A stretch of DNA of 62,040 bases, the filler included, from Sphacelaria rigidula (lineage: Eukaryota), in NCBI GenBank assembly GCA_964200075.2. It is 7 parts of 7 records of this genome, joined end to end, with 100 filler letters (N's around TTAATTAATTAA, not from the genome) between each part and the next. Parts side by side here need not be neighbours in the genome. Positions count along the whole stretch, not along the records: positions 44,388 to 53,164 come from CAXNAA020010131.1; positions 53,265 to 62,040 come from CAXNAA020010132.1; 5 more parts are not named here. One strand, 5' to 3'. This document shows, piece after piece, positions 49,168-62,040 of the stretch. The number at the start of each line of letters is the position of its first letter. The first letter of the stretch is position 1. The position numbers and the translations under genes were made by a program. A model generated the notes under the pieces. The model saw only the letters and a list, made by a program, of their open reading frames with translations, was not told the origin of the DNA and ran no database searches.

Positions 49168-51253
49168 CACGCTCGTGGCGCTCCACCGGCGCTGTGCTTG
49201 TGGTTCCTTCCCAACCCGCTGAGCGACGGAAAGTCGGGTTCGACACGGTTGCGCTCCGTGCTCGAAAATTACGCTCACCAAATAAAAGGGGACCGGGCAC
49301 CAACGTCACTTCGTTCGTGGGTGTAACAGGGGTCGGCTTGGCACCTAAGCATGTTTGGGGGCTGGTGTGTGGCCTTGATTATATTGTCCTACGATGAACG
49401 ATCCCAGAGGTAACAGCTATCGCAACAAAAGATGTTCCTGCTTCGGGGGCGGGGGGTGTTACACTACATGATTGCCGATCCCGCGAGGAGAAAGGATCCA
49501 ACTGGCTATGATTAAAATGACTTGGAGGTAAAACTAGGTGATCAGCTCTGGAAGCAAAACACTGTTTAGGGTTGGTCGTTGCGCAATTGGGAGTCATGCA
49601 ACGATGCACGGGATTCTGCTGCCATGAAACCCATCATGACAGTGTGATCGAGCCCAGTGTACCCGCACCACAAAGCTGAACCTGTGCCGTACGACATTGA
49701 TTCAGTTCTGTGATGTGCGTCTACTGACCGAGCGAAAGAAAACGGGGGGCACTTCTAATCGATGGTTCCCTAATGTGGGCCTGTGGCGGACATTGAGGAA
49801 TGAACGCGAAGTGTAATCAAAACGGGCAGAGGACGACGGCCTAAAAACGGGTACACGCTGAATCGCCCCACTGTATGCTTATGTGAAAACGCGGTGTTTG
49901 ATATTTTCCAAAATAGCGTCAAGTGGCGCGTGTAGCAGTGGAGGGACATAAATCAATCTGGCGGGGCGCAACCGTTCTGCAAGTCCATCGCAAGGGGGCG
50001 TGTGCCGTTTTATTATTGGCCCTGTGCATACGGTGAAAAGCGCCAGAATGAGATATGGGTAGGCTTGGGCCGAAAGCCTTTGCGCCCGAGCCTAAAAATA
50101 CGACTGAATGCACTGTGGGTTGAGATTGCTGTGATCACTACCGTGGTCACAATATCAAATCGGGGGTGGTTGTTTGAACCGCGCGTATCGCGATGTTGAG
50201 GGCGACGGTTTCAACGCATACGCCCGTACTGTGAACAACATTTGTGTGCCCTTGCTCGGCGATTACTAATCGCTCGAGAGACTGGCATCATGCATGTCAC
50301 CAGCATATGTACCCAATTTCTCATGTGACGATAGGCATGCTATTAAGTTGCTGCGTACAGCCCCCCAAAGAACATCGAGCTGCGGAGACAATTATTCGTA
50401 TCTTCTTGTCTGTGGAGCTTACCACTGCGAAGATCAATTTCTCTCTGCCTCCCTTTTTGGACAGGACGCGCCTCTGTGCGCTGAGGAACATGTCGTTGAA
50501 AAACAGGGCAATATTCCCGTCAACGCTACTGTTCTCTGTCACACATGCTAGCGAGGGCGGTGCTGCGGCAATAACAATAGATCCAATTTGAACTTGGGGG
50601 GGTGTTATTCATCGTTGATTTTACCCGACATGTGACCATCTAGGTGCCCGACCACAAGGGCGTTCCACAGGCCAGTTGGAGTATGTCACCACCATAGGTA
50701 TCTTTTTTCACTTCGCGTGTCAAGAAGGTCTCCACAAGTGTTTGATCTTTCTCACACCCACCTCAACACAAGAAGAATGAACGGGGTCTTCATCGTCTCT
50801 TGCCGGATCACAACGAAGTAGACGGCGTGCTTACTGTCGGAAGGCTGGTGTTTTGTGGTGCAGTCTCGCTGGACACGCTTGCAGCGGATGCACAACGGCC
50901 GCGAAGCTCACTTGCCGCTTGAAGCAAACGACATAGCTCAGATGCCGTTCACGCGCTTTTTTGTCAAGACAGGTTAATATCGCCGTATCTTCTCCCATAG
51001 CAGAGAACTCATCATCATGGAGTGTGAAAGGGTGGAGGGATTGACACCGCCGAAGCCAAGCCGCAATCATTTTGTAACAAAAAAAGTTTGCGTGCATCAC
51101 TAAGGACACGTACGTTAACCCGACTGTTTCCTCCGATTTAAAATGCTACTGACGCGTTAGTCTTGCCCAGCTCTTACACCAACTTTTCCTGCAATCTACA
51201 TCGTATAATTACTTAGCTACAGTGTCTTGCTGTACCGTAGATATCCAGTGTAA

Positions 51254-51257
<4 letters not shown>

Positions 51258-51309
<52 letters not shown>

Positions 51310-51560
51310 TTTGTGTGTATGTGTGTGTTTGTATGTGTGTGTTGTCGTCTCATTTATTCTGGGCGCCAGGTTACACCTTTCGGTATATTATGTGGGCGCA
51401 TCTGCCGGGGTCACACAAGAGGAAGGTCAACACAGGAGCTTTTTCTTCTTATATTTTTTTTTGTACCCCACCTTCCTTCTGCGGTGCTTGGCTTTGATTT
51501 TTGATCGCGAGAGGAGTTCAGCAGTCCCTTTCCCTCGTCGACCGTGAAGTCGATTTTATT
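51258..51560 (-). mobile_element. 5'-truncated copy of the (CA)n-tailed SINE
   Basis: (GT)n at 51258-51340, then sequence alignable to ~39190-39405. Confidence 0.88.
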
Positions 51561-53264
51561 TTTACACCTGGTGTAGAGAAATTATCCGGTGTGCCCAAAA
51601 GGTATACCACGAAAAGGTTTCAGTGTCATGATTTCGTTGAATCGTCACAAGTTGTACCGCATTACAGATGCCGACTGTGCAGTCCGGATTCTCAACACTG
51701 TCCCACGACAGAATGCACGCATCCGGACCTCCCACGGGTTGCTTACAAACGTGAAGGTTGCGTACGTGTGCAGGTTACCATCAGATTCTACGAATAACCT
51801 GTAGATCTACTGCGACTGCGGGGAATGTATATCTGCAGGACGGCTCTTGACTGGTACGTGTGCACCGTACAGAGGTGAAGGATAAATCCAGACGTCTGCC
51901 TGAATGACGGTTGCCTGGATGTGATGAACCGAGCGCCGCGGCCGATGCAAATCTGGCGAGGCATCCAGTGACAATGTGACCGAATTTAGCAGCTTCGGGA
52001 GGTACCCCAACGACTTCCAGTGGCTGCTGGGAAGCACAGCAGTCTCCGGCGCAAGAGCCAGTAGGGTGTGTGGCAGGAGTTACCGATGGCAATTTGATCC
52101 TGAGCTCAGCAGATGATATATCTAGCTTTATATAAGGTACCTACCCCGGGTTTCGAAGCTGCGGATAGTTTTTCGCAGGATCCGCCTCCAGATCAATAGG
52201 ATGTTGCAGGACTCGGACCACAAGCAAGGAAGGAAGCTGTTCTGGTGGCTGCGGGCTACTTGCACCGTACTTTTCGCCAATAGACCGACGCGGTGCGGCA
52301 GAAACCGAACAGAGGGCAAGTGGTGAGGTGATGTTTCACAGAGACAGGGGCAAACAGGCGAGTAGCAAGAAACCTTTCTTTTTCGATAATTCAGGCCGTT
52401 GAGTTTTTCAAGATGAGGAATTTCATTCGAGACACTTCGAAATTGTCGCAGGATGAGAAACAGCAAATTAACCAACACGCTGAACCCTGGTCACGAGTAG
52501 AATGAAAAAAATACTTCTTCTACCCCACCGAACACGATAAGAAAGAGGGCTTGCACGGTAGCTAGCAGCGATAATAAGGTACAATATATTGATACGTCGA
52601 CCTGATCAGGGTTAGGATCAGTTCTAATGTCCACCTGTTAGATGCAAACGTATGCAAATTAATGCGCTGGTAGGGCCGTTCTTGTCTGCAGATATGCGGC
52701 AATTTTCTGATTCATTTGATGTCCGTACTGTATAGAGTCTAACCTTGGAATATCCGCCTACACCCCGATGTCCCGCAGTTCGCGGGATGTTATACCCTAT
52801 ATACCCTTTGCCCACTGGTGCGAACGTCTTGGGTGCCCTGAGGTTGTGCTGCGGATGCTGTGCGGAGGAAGGTAGACATCGAAACGTCGTGTAGAGTGCT
52901 TTTGAGGAACGGTTTCGCTTCCAACCCCCCCGCCATGTTCAGTCGCCGCGATCAAACTCAAATGATTGGAAATCAAGGGCTCCAAATTGGCGCAGATTGA
53001 CATTCCCGTTATCTGCTGGGGGGTATAAATTGTTGCAGTGCAAAGTAGGGGGGCGTGCGAATTAGGCAGGGGGCGAGAGTATCCCCTGTACTGCAAACAG
53101 CCAATCATCTATATTGAGGATGGTGCTATTGATTGAGGATGAGAACCCGGAGGATTAAAATCTTNNNNNNNNNNNNNNNNNNNNNNNNNNNNNNNNNNNN
53201 NNNNNNNNTTAATTAATTAANNNNNNNNNNNNNNNNNNNNNNNNNNNNNNNNNNNNNNNNNNNN

Positions 53265-56200
53265 GGACATAGACATGGAATAGAGAGGCTAACCCTCCTT
53301 TTTCATTCAACCTACTATAACACAGCCCGGACATAGACATGGAATAGAGAAGGTAACCCCCCTTTTGATTGAACCTACTACAACACAGCCTGGACATAGA
53401 CATGAAATAGAGAAGCTAACCTTCTTTTTTATTTAACCTACCATAACACAGCCCGAACGTAGACATGAAATAGAGAAGCTAACCCTCCATTTTTATTCAA
53501 CCTACCATAACACAGCCCGGACATAGACTTGGAATAGAGAAGCTAACCCGCCTTTTTTATTCAACCTATCATAACACAGCCCGGACGTAGACATGAAAAA
53601 GAGCAGCTAACCCTCCTTTGAATATACCCTGCTATAATGCAGCCCGGACATGGACATGGAATAGAGAAGCCAACCCTCCTTTTTTATTCAACCTACCATC
53701 ACACAGCCCGGACATAGACATGGAATAGAGAAGCTGGCCCTCATTTTCATTTAACCTACCCCAACACAGCCCGGACATAGACATGAGAAAGACAAGCTAA
53801 CCCTCCCTTTATTTGACCTCCTATAACACAGCCCGGACGTAGACATGAAATAGAGAAGCTAACCTTCCTTCTTATTTAACCTACCATAACACAGCCCGGA
53901 CGTAGACATGAAAGAGGAAGCTAACCCTTCTTTCCATTTAACCCACTACAACACAGCCCGGACATAGACATGGAATACAAAAGCTAACCCTTCTTTTCAT
54001 TTCACCTACCATAACACAGTCCAGACATAGACATGAAATAGGGAACTTAACCCTTCTTTTCATTTAACCCACCATAACACAGCCCGGACATACACATATA
54101 ATATAGAGGCCAACCTTCCTCTTCAGTTAACCTACCATAACACAGCCCGGACATAGACATGGAATAGAGAAGCTAACCCTTCTTTTTATCTTCATCCACC
54201 ATCACACAGCCCGGACGTAGACATGTAATGGAGAAGCCAACCTTCCTTTTCACAACAAAGCCCGGACATAGACATGAACTAGAGAGGCCAACCTTCCTCT
54301 TTATTCACCCCACCATGACACAGCCCGGTCATAGACATGGGATAGAGAAGCTTACCCTCCTTTTCATACAACCCACCATCACACAGCCCGGACGTAGACT
54401 TGGAGTAGAGAGGCCAACCTTCCTCCTTATTCAACCTACCATATCACAGCCCGGACATAGACATGAAATACAGAAGCTAACGCTTCTTTTCATTTAACCT
54501 ACCATAACACAGCCCGGACATAGACATGGAGTAGAGAAGCTAGCCCTCTTTTTCATTCAACCTACCAAAACACAGCCCGGACACAGACATGAAATGGAGA
54601 GGCCAACCTTCCTCTTTATTCAACCTACCATAACACAGCCCGGACATAGACATGAAATACAGAAGCTAACCCTTCTTTTCATTTAACCTAACATAACACA
54701 GCCCGGACATAGACATGGAATAAAGAAGCTAGCCCTCTTTTTCATTTAACCTACCATAACACAGCCCGGTCATAGACATGAGAGAGAGAAGCTAACCCTC
54801 CTCTTTATTCAACTTACCATAACACAGCCCGGACATAGACATGAAGTGGGAAAGCTAGCCTTCCTGATTATTTAGCCCACCATAACACAGCCCGGACAGA
54901 GACATGGAGTAAAAAAGCCAGCCTTCCTTTTCATTTACCCCACCATAACAAAGCCCGGACATAGACATGGAATAGAGAAGCTAGCCCTACTTTTCATTTA
55001 ACCTACGATAACACTGCCCGGACATAAACATGAACTAGAGAGGCCAACCTTCCTCTTTATTCAACCTACCATACCACAGCTCGGACATAGACATGAAATA
55101 CAGAAGGTAACCCTTCTTTTCATTTAACTTACCATAACACAGCCCAGACATAGACATGGAATAGAGAAGCTAGCCCTCTTTTTTATTTAACCTACCATAA
55201 CACAGCCCGGTCATAGACATGAAGTAGGAAAGCTAGCCTTCGTGATTGTTTACCCCACCATAACACAGCCCGGACAGAGACATGGAATAGAGAAGCTTGC
55301 CCTCCTTTTCATATAACCTACTATAACACAGCCCGGACATAGACATGAAATAGAGAGGCCACGCTTCCTCTTTATTTAACCTACTCTAAGACAGCCCGGA
55401 CATAGACATGGGAGAGGGAAGCTATCCCTTCTCTTGATTTAACCCACCATAACACAGCCCGGACATACACATGGAATCGAGAGGCCAACCTCCCCTTTTA
55501 TTTAACTTACCATAACACAGCCTGGACATAGACATGGAATAGAGAAGCTAACCCTTCTTTTCATTGAACCTACCACAACACAGCCCGTACGTAGACATGA
55601 AATAGAGAAGCCAACATTCCTTTTTACTCCAAAGCCTGGACATAGACATGAACTAGAGAGGCCAACCTTCCTCTTTATTTACCCCATCATGACACAGTCC
55701 GGTCATAGACATGGGATAGAGGAGCTAGCCCTCCTTTTCATACAACCCACCATCACACAGCCCGGACATAGACATGAAATAGAGGGGCCAACCTTCCTCT
55801 ATATTCAACCTACCATGATACAGCCTGGACATAGACATGAAATACAGAAGCTAACCCTCCTTTTCATTCAACCTACCATAACACAACCCGGACATAGACA
55901 TGGACTAGAGAAGCTAGCCCTCCTTTTCATTCACCCTACCATGACACAGCCCGGACATAGACATGAAATAGAGAGGCCAACCTTCCTCTTCATTTCACCT
56001 ACTATAACACAGCCCGGACATAGACATGAAATAGAGGAGCTAACCCTCCTTTTAATATCACCTACTACGAGACAGCCCGGACATAGACATAGAGTAAAGA
56101 AGTGAAACCTCCTTTTCTTTCAACCTACCATTTCACAGCCCGGACATAGACATGAAATAGAGAAGCTAACCCTTCTTTTTATTTAACCTACTATAACACA

Positions 56201-59200
56201 GCCCGGACATAGACATGGAATAGAGAAGCTAGCCCTCCTTTTCATTTGACCTACCATAACACAGCCCGGACAAAGACATGAAATAGAGAGGCCAACCTTC
56301 CTCTTTATATAACCTGCTATAAGACAGCCCGGACATAGACATGGAATAAAGAAGCTGACCTTCCTCTTTATATAACCTACTATAATACAGCCCGGACATA
56401 GACATGAAATAGAGGAGCTAACCCTCCTTTTTATATCACCTACTACAAGACCGCCCGGACATAAAAATGGAATAAAGAACTCATCATTTCTTTTTATTTC
56501 ACCTACCATAACACAGCCCGGACATAGACATGAAATAGAGAAGCTAACCCTCCTTTGATATTAACCTGCCATAACACAGCCCTGTCATCGACATGAAAGA
56601 AAGAAGCTAACCCTCCTCCTTATTTAACTTACTAAACACAGCCCGGACATAGACATGAAGTAGAAGAGCTAGCCTTCCTCTTTATTTACCCCACCATAAC
56701 ATAGCCCGGACATAGACATGGAATAGAGAAGGTAGCCCTCCTTTTCATTTCACCTACTAGAACACAGCCCGGACATAGACTTGAAATAGAGAAGCTAACC
56801 CTCATTTTTATATCACCTACTACTTGACAGCCACGACATAAACATGGAATAAAGAACTCAACCCTTCTTATAATTTCACCTACCATAACACAGCCCGGAC
56901 ATAGACATGAAATAGAGAAGCTAACCCTCCTTTTCAATGAACCTACCATAACACAGCCCTGTCATAGACATGAAAGAAGGAGGCTACCCCTCCTCCTTAT
57001 TTTACTTACTAAACACAGCCCGGACATAGACATGAAGTACAAAAGCTAGCCTTCCTCTTTATTGACCCCACCATAACATAGCCCGGACATAGACATGGAA
57101 TAGTGAAGGTAGCCCTCCTATTCATTTCACCTACTATAACACAGCCCGGACATAGACATGAAATAGAGAGGCCAACCTTCCACTTTATTCAACCTACTAT
57201 AACACAGCCCGGACATAGGCATGAAATAGAGACGCTAACCCTTCTTCTTATTTGACCTACTATAACACAGCCCGGACATAGACATGAAGGACGGAAGCTA
57301 ACCCTTCTTTTCATTTATCCTACCATGACACAGCCCGAACATAGACATGAGATAGAGAAGCTAACCCTTCTTTTCATTTAACCTACCATCATACAGCCTG
57401 GACGTAGACATGAAAGAGAGAAGCAAACCTTCCTTTTTACAACAAAGCCCGAACATAAACATGAACTAGAGAGGCCAACCTTCCTTTTTATTTACCCGAC
57501 CATGACACAGCCCGGTCATAGACATGGAATAGAGAAGCTAGCCCTCCTTTTCATACAACCCACCATCACACAGCCCGGACATAGACATGAAGTAGAGAGG
57601 CCAACCTTCCTCTTCATTTAACCTACCATAACACAGCCCGGACATAGACATGAAATACAGAAGCTAACCCTTCTTTTCATTTAACCTACCATAACACAGC
57701 CCGGACATAAACATAGAATAGAGGAGCTAGCCCTCGTTTTCATTTAACCTACAGTAACACAGCCCGGACATAGACATGAAATAGAGAAGCCAACCTTCCT
57801 TTTCACAACAAACCCGGGACATAGACATGAACTAAAGAGGTCAACCTTCCTTTTCATTTATCCCACCATGACACAGGCCGGTCATAGACATGGAACAGAA
57901 AAGCTAGCCCTCCTTCAGATACAACCCACCATCACACAGCCCGGACATAGACATGAAACAGAGGGACCAACCTCTCCCTTATTTAACCTACTACAAGACA
58001 GCCCGGCAATAGACGTGGAATAGAGAAACTAACCCTTCTTTTTATTTAACCCACCATAAAACAGCTCGGACATACACATGGAATAGAGAGGCCAACCTTC
58101 CTTTTTATTTGACCTACTATAAGACAGCCCGGCAATAGACACGGAATAGAGAAGCTCACCCTTTTTTCCTATTTAACCTACCATGACACAGCCCGGACAT
58201 AGGCATGGAATAGAGAAGCTAACCCTCCTTTTTATATCACCTACCACAAGACAGCCCGGACATAGACATGGAATACAGAAGTGAACTCTTCTTTTTATTC
58301 AACCTACAATAACACAGCCCGGACATAGACATGGAATAGAGAACCTAACCCTTCTTTTTATTTAACCTACCATAACACCGCCCGGACATAGACATGAAGA
58401 AGAGAAGCTAATCCTCCTCTTTATTTAACTTACCATAACACAGCCCGGACATAGACATGAAGAAGAAAAGCTAGCCTTCCTCTTTCTTTACCCCACCATA
58501 ACACAGCCCGGACATAGACATGGAATAGAGAAGCTTGCCCTCCTTTTCATTTAACCTACTATAACACAGCCCGGACATAGACTTAAATAGAGAGGCCAGC
58601 CTTCCTCTTCATATCACCTACTCTAAGACAGCCCGGACATAGGCATGAAATAGAGAAGCTAACCCTCCTTTTTCATTCAACCTACTATAACACAGCCCGA
58701 ACATAGACATGGAATAGAGAGGCCAACCTTCCTTTTGATTGAACCTACTATAACACAGCCCGGACATAGACATGAAATAGAGAAGCTAACCTTCTTTTAT
58801 TTCACCTACCGTAACACAGCCCGGACGTAGACATGAAAAAGACAAGCTAACCCTCCTTTTTTATTTAACCTACCATAACACAGCCCGGACATAGGCATGA
58901 AGTAGAGACGCTAACCCTCCTTTTGATTCGACCTACTATAACACAGCCCGGACATAGACATGAAATACAGAGGCCGACCTTCCACTTTATTCAACCTACT
59001 ATAACACAGCCCGGACATAGGCATGAAATAGAGACGTTAACCCTCCGTCTTATTTGACCTACTATAACACAGCCCGGACATAGACATGAAGGACGGAAGC
59101 TAACCCTTCTTTTCATTTATCCTACCATAACACAGCCCGGACATAGACATGAAATAGAGAAGCTAACCCTTCTTTTCATTGAACCTACCATCATACAGCC

Positions 59201-62040
59201 TGGACGTAGACATGAAAGAGAGAAGCCAACCTTCCTTTTTACAACAAAGCCCGGACATAAACATGAACTAGAGAGGCCAACCTTCCTTTTTATTTACCTC
59301 ACCATGACACAGCCCGGACATAGACATGGAATAGAGAAGCTAGCCCTCCTTTTCATACAACCCACCATCACACAGCCCGGACATAGACATGAAACAGAGA
59401 GGCCAACCTTCCTCTATATTCAACCTACCATAACACAGCCCGGACATAGACATGAAATACAGAAGCTAACCCTTCTTTTTATTCAACCTACCTTAACACA
59501 GCCCAGACATAGACATGGAATAGAGAAGCTAGCCCTCCTTTTCATTTAACCTACCATAACACAGACTGGACGTAGACATGAAATAGAGAAGCCAACCTTC
59601 CTTTTCACAAGAAAGCCGGGACATAGACATGAACTAGAGAGGCCAACCATCCTTTTGACTTACCCCACCATAACACAGGCCGGTCATAGACATGGGATAG
59701 AGAAGCTAGCCCTCCTCTTCATACAACCCACCATCACACAGCCCGGACATAGACATGAAATAAAGAGGCCAACCTTCCTCTTCATTTAACCTACTATAAG
59801 ATAGCCCGACAATAGACATGGAATAGAGAAGCAAACCCTTTTTTCTATATAACGTACCATAACACAGCCCGAACATAGACATGAAATAGAGAGGCCAACC
59901 TTCCTCTTCACTTACCCTACTATAACACAGCCCGGACATAGACATGGAATAGAGGAGCTAACCCTCCTTTTTATATCACCTACCACAAGATAGCGCGGAC
60001 ATAGACATGGAATAAAGAAGTGAACTCTTCTTTTTATTCAACCTACAATAACACAGCCCGGACATAGACATGGAATAGAGAACCTAACCCTTCTTTTTAT
60101 TTAAACTACCATAACACCGCCCGGACATAGACATGAAGAAGAGAAGCTAATCCTCCTCTTTATTTAACTTACCATAACACAGCCCGGACATAGACATGAA
60201 GTAGAAAAGCTAGCCTTCCTCTTTCTTTACCCCACCATAACACAGCCCGGACATAGACATGGAATAGAGAAGCTTGCCCTCCTTTTCATTTCACCTACTA
60301 TAACACAGCCCGGACATAGACTTAAATAGAGAGGCCAACCTTCCTCTTTATTTAACCTACTCTAAGACAGCCCGGACATAGGCATGAAATAGAGAAGCTA
60401 ACCCTCCTTTTATATCACCTACTATAACACAGCCGGGACATGGACATGAAAGAGGGGAGCTAACCCTTCTTTTCATATCTTCTACCCCAACACAGCCCGG
60501 ACATAGACATGGAATAGAGAGGCCAACCTTCCTCTTTATTTAACCTACCATAACACAGCCCGGAGATAGACATGGAATAGAGAAGGTAACCCTCCTTTTT
60601 CATTAAACCTACTATACCACAGCTCGGACATAACATGGCACAGAGAAGGTAACCCTCCTTTTGATTGAACCTACTATAACACAGCCCGGACATAGGCATG
60701 AAATAGACACGCTAACCCTCCGTCTTTCTTGACCTACTATAACACAGCCCGGACATAGACATGAAGGACGGAAGCTAACCCTTCTTTTCATTTATTCTAC
60801 CATAACACAGCCCGGACATAGACATGGAATAGAGAAGCTAACCCTTCTTTTCATTGAACCTACCATCATACAGCCTGGACGTAGACATGAAAGAGAGAAG
60901 CCAACCTTCCTTTTTACAACAAAGCCCGGACATAAACATGAACTAGAGAGGCCAACCTTCCTTCTTATTTACCCCACCATGACACAGCCGGGACATAGAC
61001 ATGGAATAGAGAAGCTATCCCTCCTTTTCATACAACCCACCATCACACAGCCCGGACATAGACATGAAACAGAGAGGCCAACCTCCCTCTATATTCAACC
61101 TACCATAACACAGCCCGGACATAGACATGAAATACAGAAGCTAACCCTTCTTTTCATTCAACCTACCATAACACAGCCCAGACATAGACATGGAATAGAG
61201 AAGCTAGCCCTCCTTTTCATTTAACCTACCATAACACAGACCGGACGTAGACATGAAATAGAGAAGCCAACCTTCCTTTTCACAAGAAAGCCGGGACATA
61301 GACATGAACTAGAGAGGCCAACCTTCCTTTGTATTTACCCCACCATGACACTGGCCGGTCATACACATGGGATAGAGAAGCTAGCCCTCCTTTCCATACA
61401 ACCCACCATCACACAGCCCGGACATAGACATGAAATAGAGAGGCCAACCTTCCTCTTCATTTAACCTACTATAAGATAGCCCGGCAATAGACATGGAACA
61501 GAGAAGCTAACCCTCTTTTCTATATAACCTACCTTAACACAGCCCGGACATAGACATGAAATAGAGAGGCCAACCTTCCTCTTCATTTAACCTACTATAA
61601 CACAGCCCGGACATAGGCATGAAATAGAGGAGCTAACCCTCCTTTTTATATCACCTACCACAAGACAGCCCGGACATAGACATGAAGGACGGAAGCTAAC
61701 ACTTCTTTTTATTCAACCTACCATAACACAGCCCGGACATAGACATGGAATAGAGAAGCTAACCCTTCTTTTCATTTAACCTACCATAACACCGCCCGGA
61801 TATAGACATGAAGGAGAGAAGCTAATCCTCCTCTTGATTTACCCTACCATAACACAGCCCGGACATAGACATGAAGTAGAAAAGCTAGCCTTCCTCTTTA
61901 TTTACCCCACCAGAACACAGCCCGGACATAGACATGGAATAGAGAAGCTTGCCCTCCTTTTCATTTCACCTACTATAACACAGCCCGGACATAGACTTAA
62001 ATAGAGAGGCCAACCTTCCTCTTTATTTAACCTACTCTAA
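53265..62040. repeat. Satellite DNA, 63-bp monomer (51-bp variant), roughly 140 copies, with higher-order repeats
   Basis: Consensus acacagcccggacatagacatgRaatagagaRgcYaaccYtcYtYttYattYaacctacYata; period of 63 measured (54450 to 54513); fills the whole contig. Confidence 0.98.

Larger units (their letters stand above)
44388..49700 (-). pseudogene. Gypsy pol remnant (partial RT, RNase H, integrase) with two MITE insertions
   Basis: VYPDDV (YxDD), IEFLGH, QLRSLLG; FVIYTDHKS..RWFEIL..YNFTLKYRAG..NANADFLSR; HECH..HLG and C..YQ zinc finger; TDRFSR, LLSDNG, SYHPSTNGGTERVN. RT-RH-INT order; upstream boundary approximate. Confidence 0.93.

Noticed and set aside
33146..53290. GGACATAG shared by the palindromic module and the satellite
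   Set aside because: Only an 8-mer is shared, with no flanking similarity; likely chance.
53265..62040. CRISPR-like repeat/spacer appearance of the 63-bp array
   Set aside because: The variable parts are homologous to one another rather than unique spacers; there are no cas genes and the context is eukaryotic.

Overview
Eukaryotic, repeat-dense DNA, most consistent with a brown alga or related stramenopile (long GT-AG introns, bipartite plastid targeting peptide, TTAGGG tracts; this is an inference). The window is not one locus. It is seven independent contigs of 8778, 8778, 8777, 8777, 8777, 8777 and 8776 bp joined by artificial 100-nt N/TTAATTAATTAA linkers. Two host genes are recognisable: two exons of a tectonic-family ciliary gene (contig 1) and the first three exons of a plastid-targeted ABC-F ATPase (contig 5). 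The rest is two decayed Copia elements, Gypsy pol remnants (one with a chromodomain plus an extra C-terminal domain), a very long Gag-like ORF, solo LTRs, tRNA-derived SINEs, at least seven MITE families with readable TIRs and often TSDs, minisatellites, an inverted array of palindromic modules, and an 8.8-kb 63-bp satellite with ~1.7-1.8 kb higher-order structure. No CRISPR array, rRNA or intact tRNA is supported.
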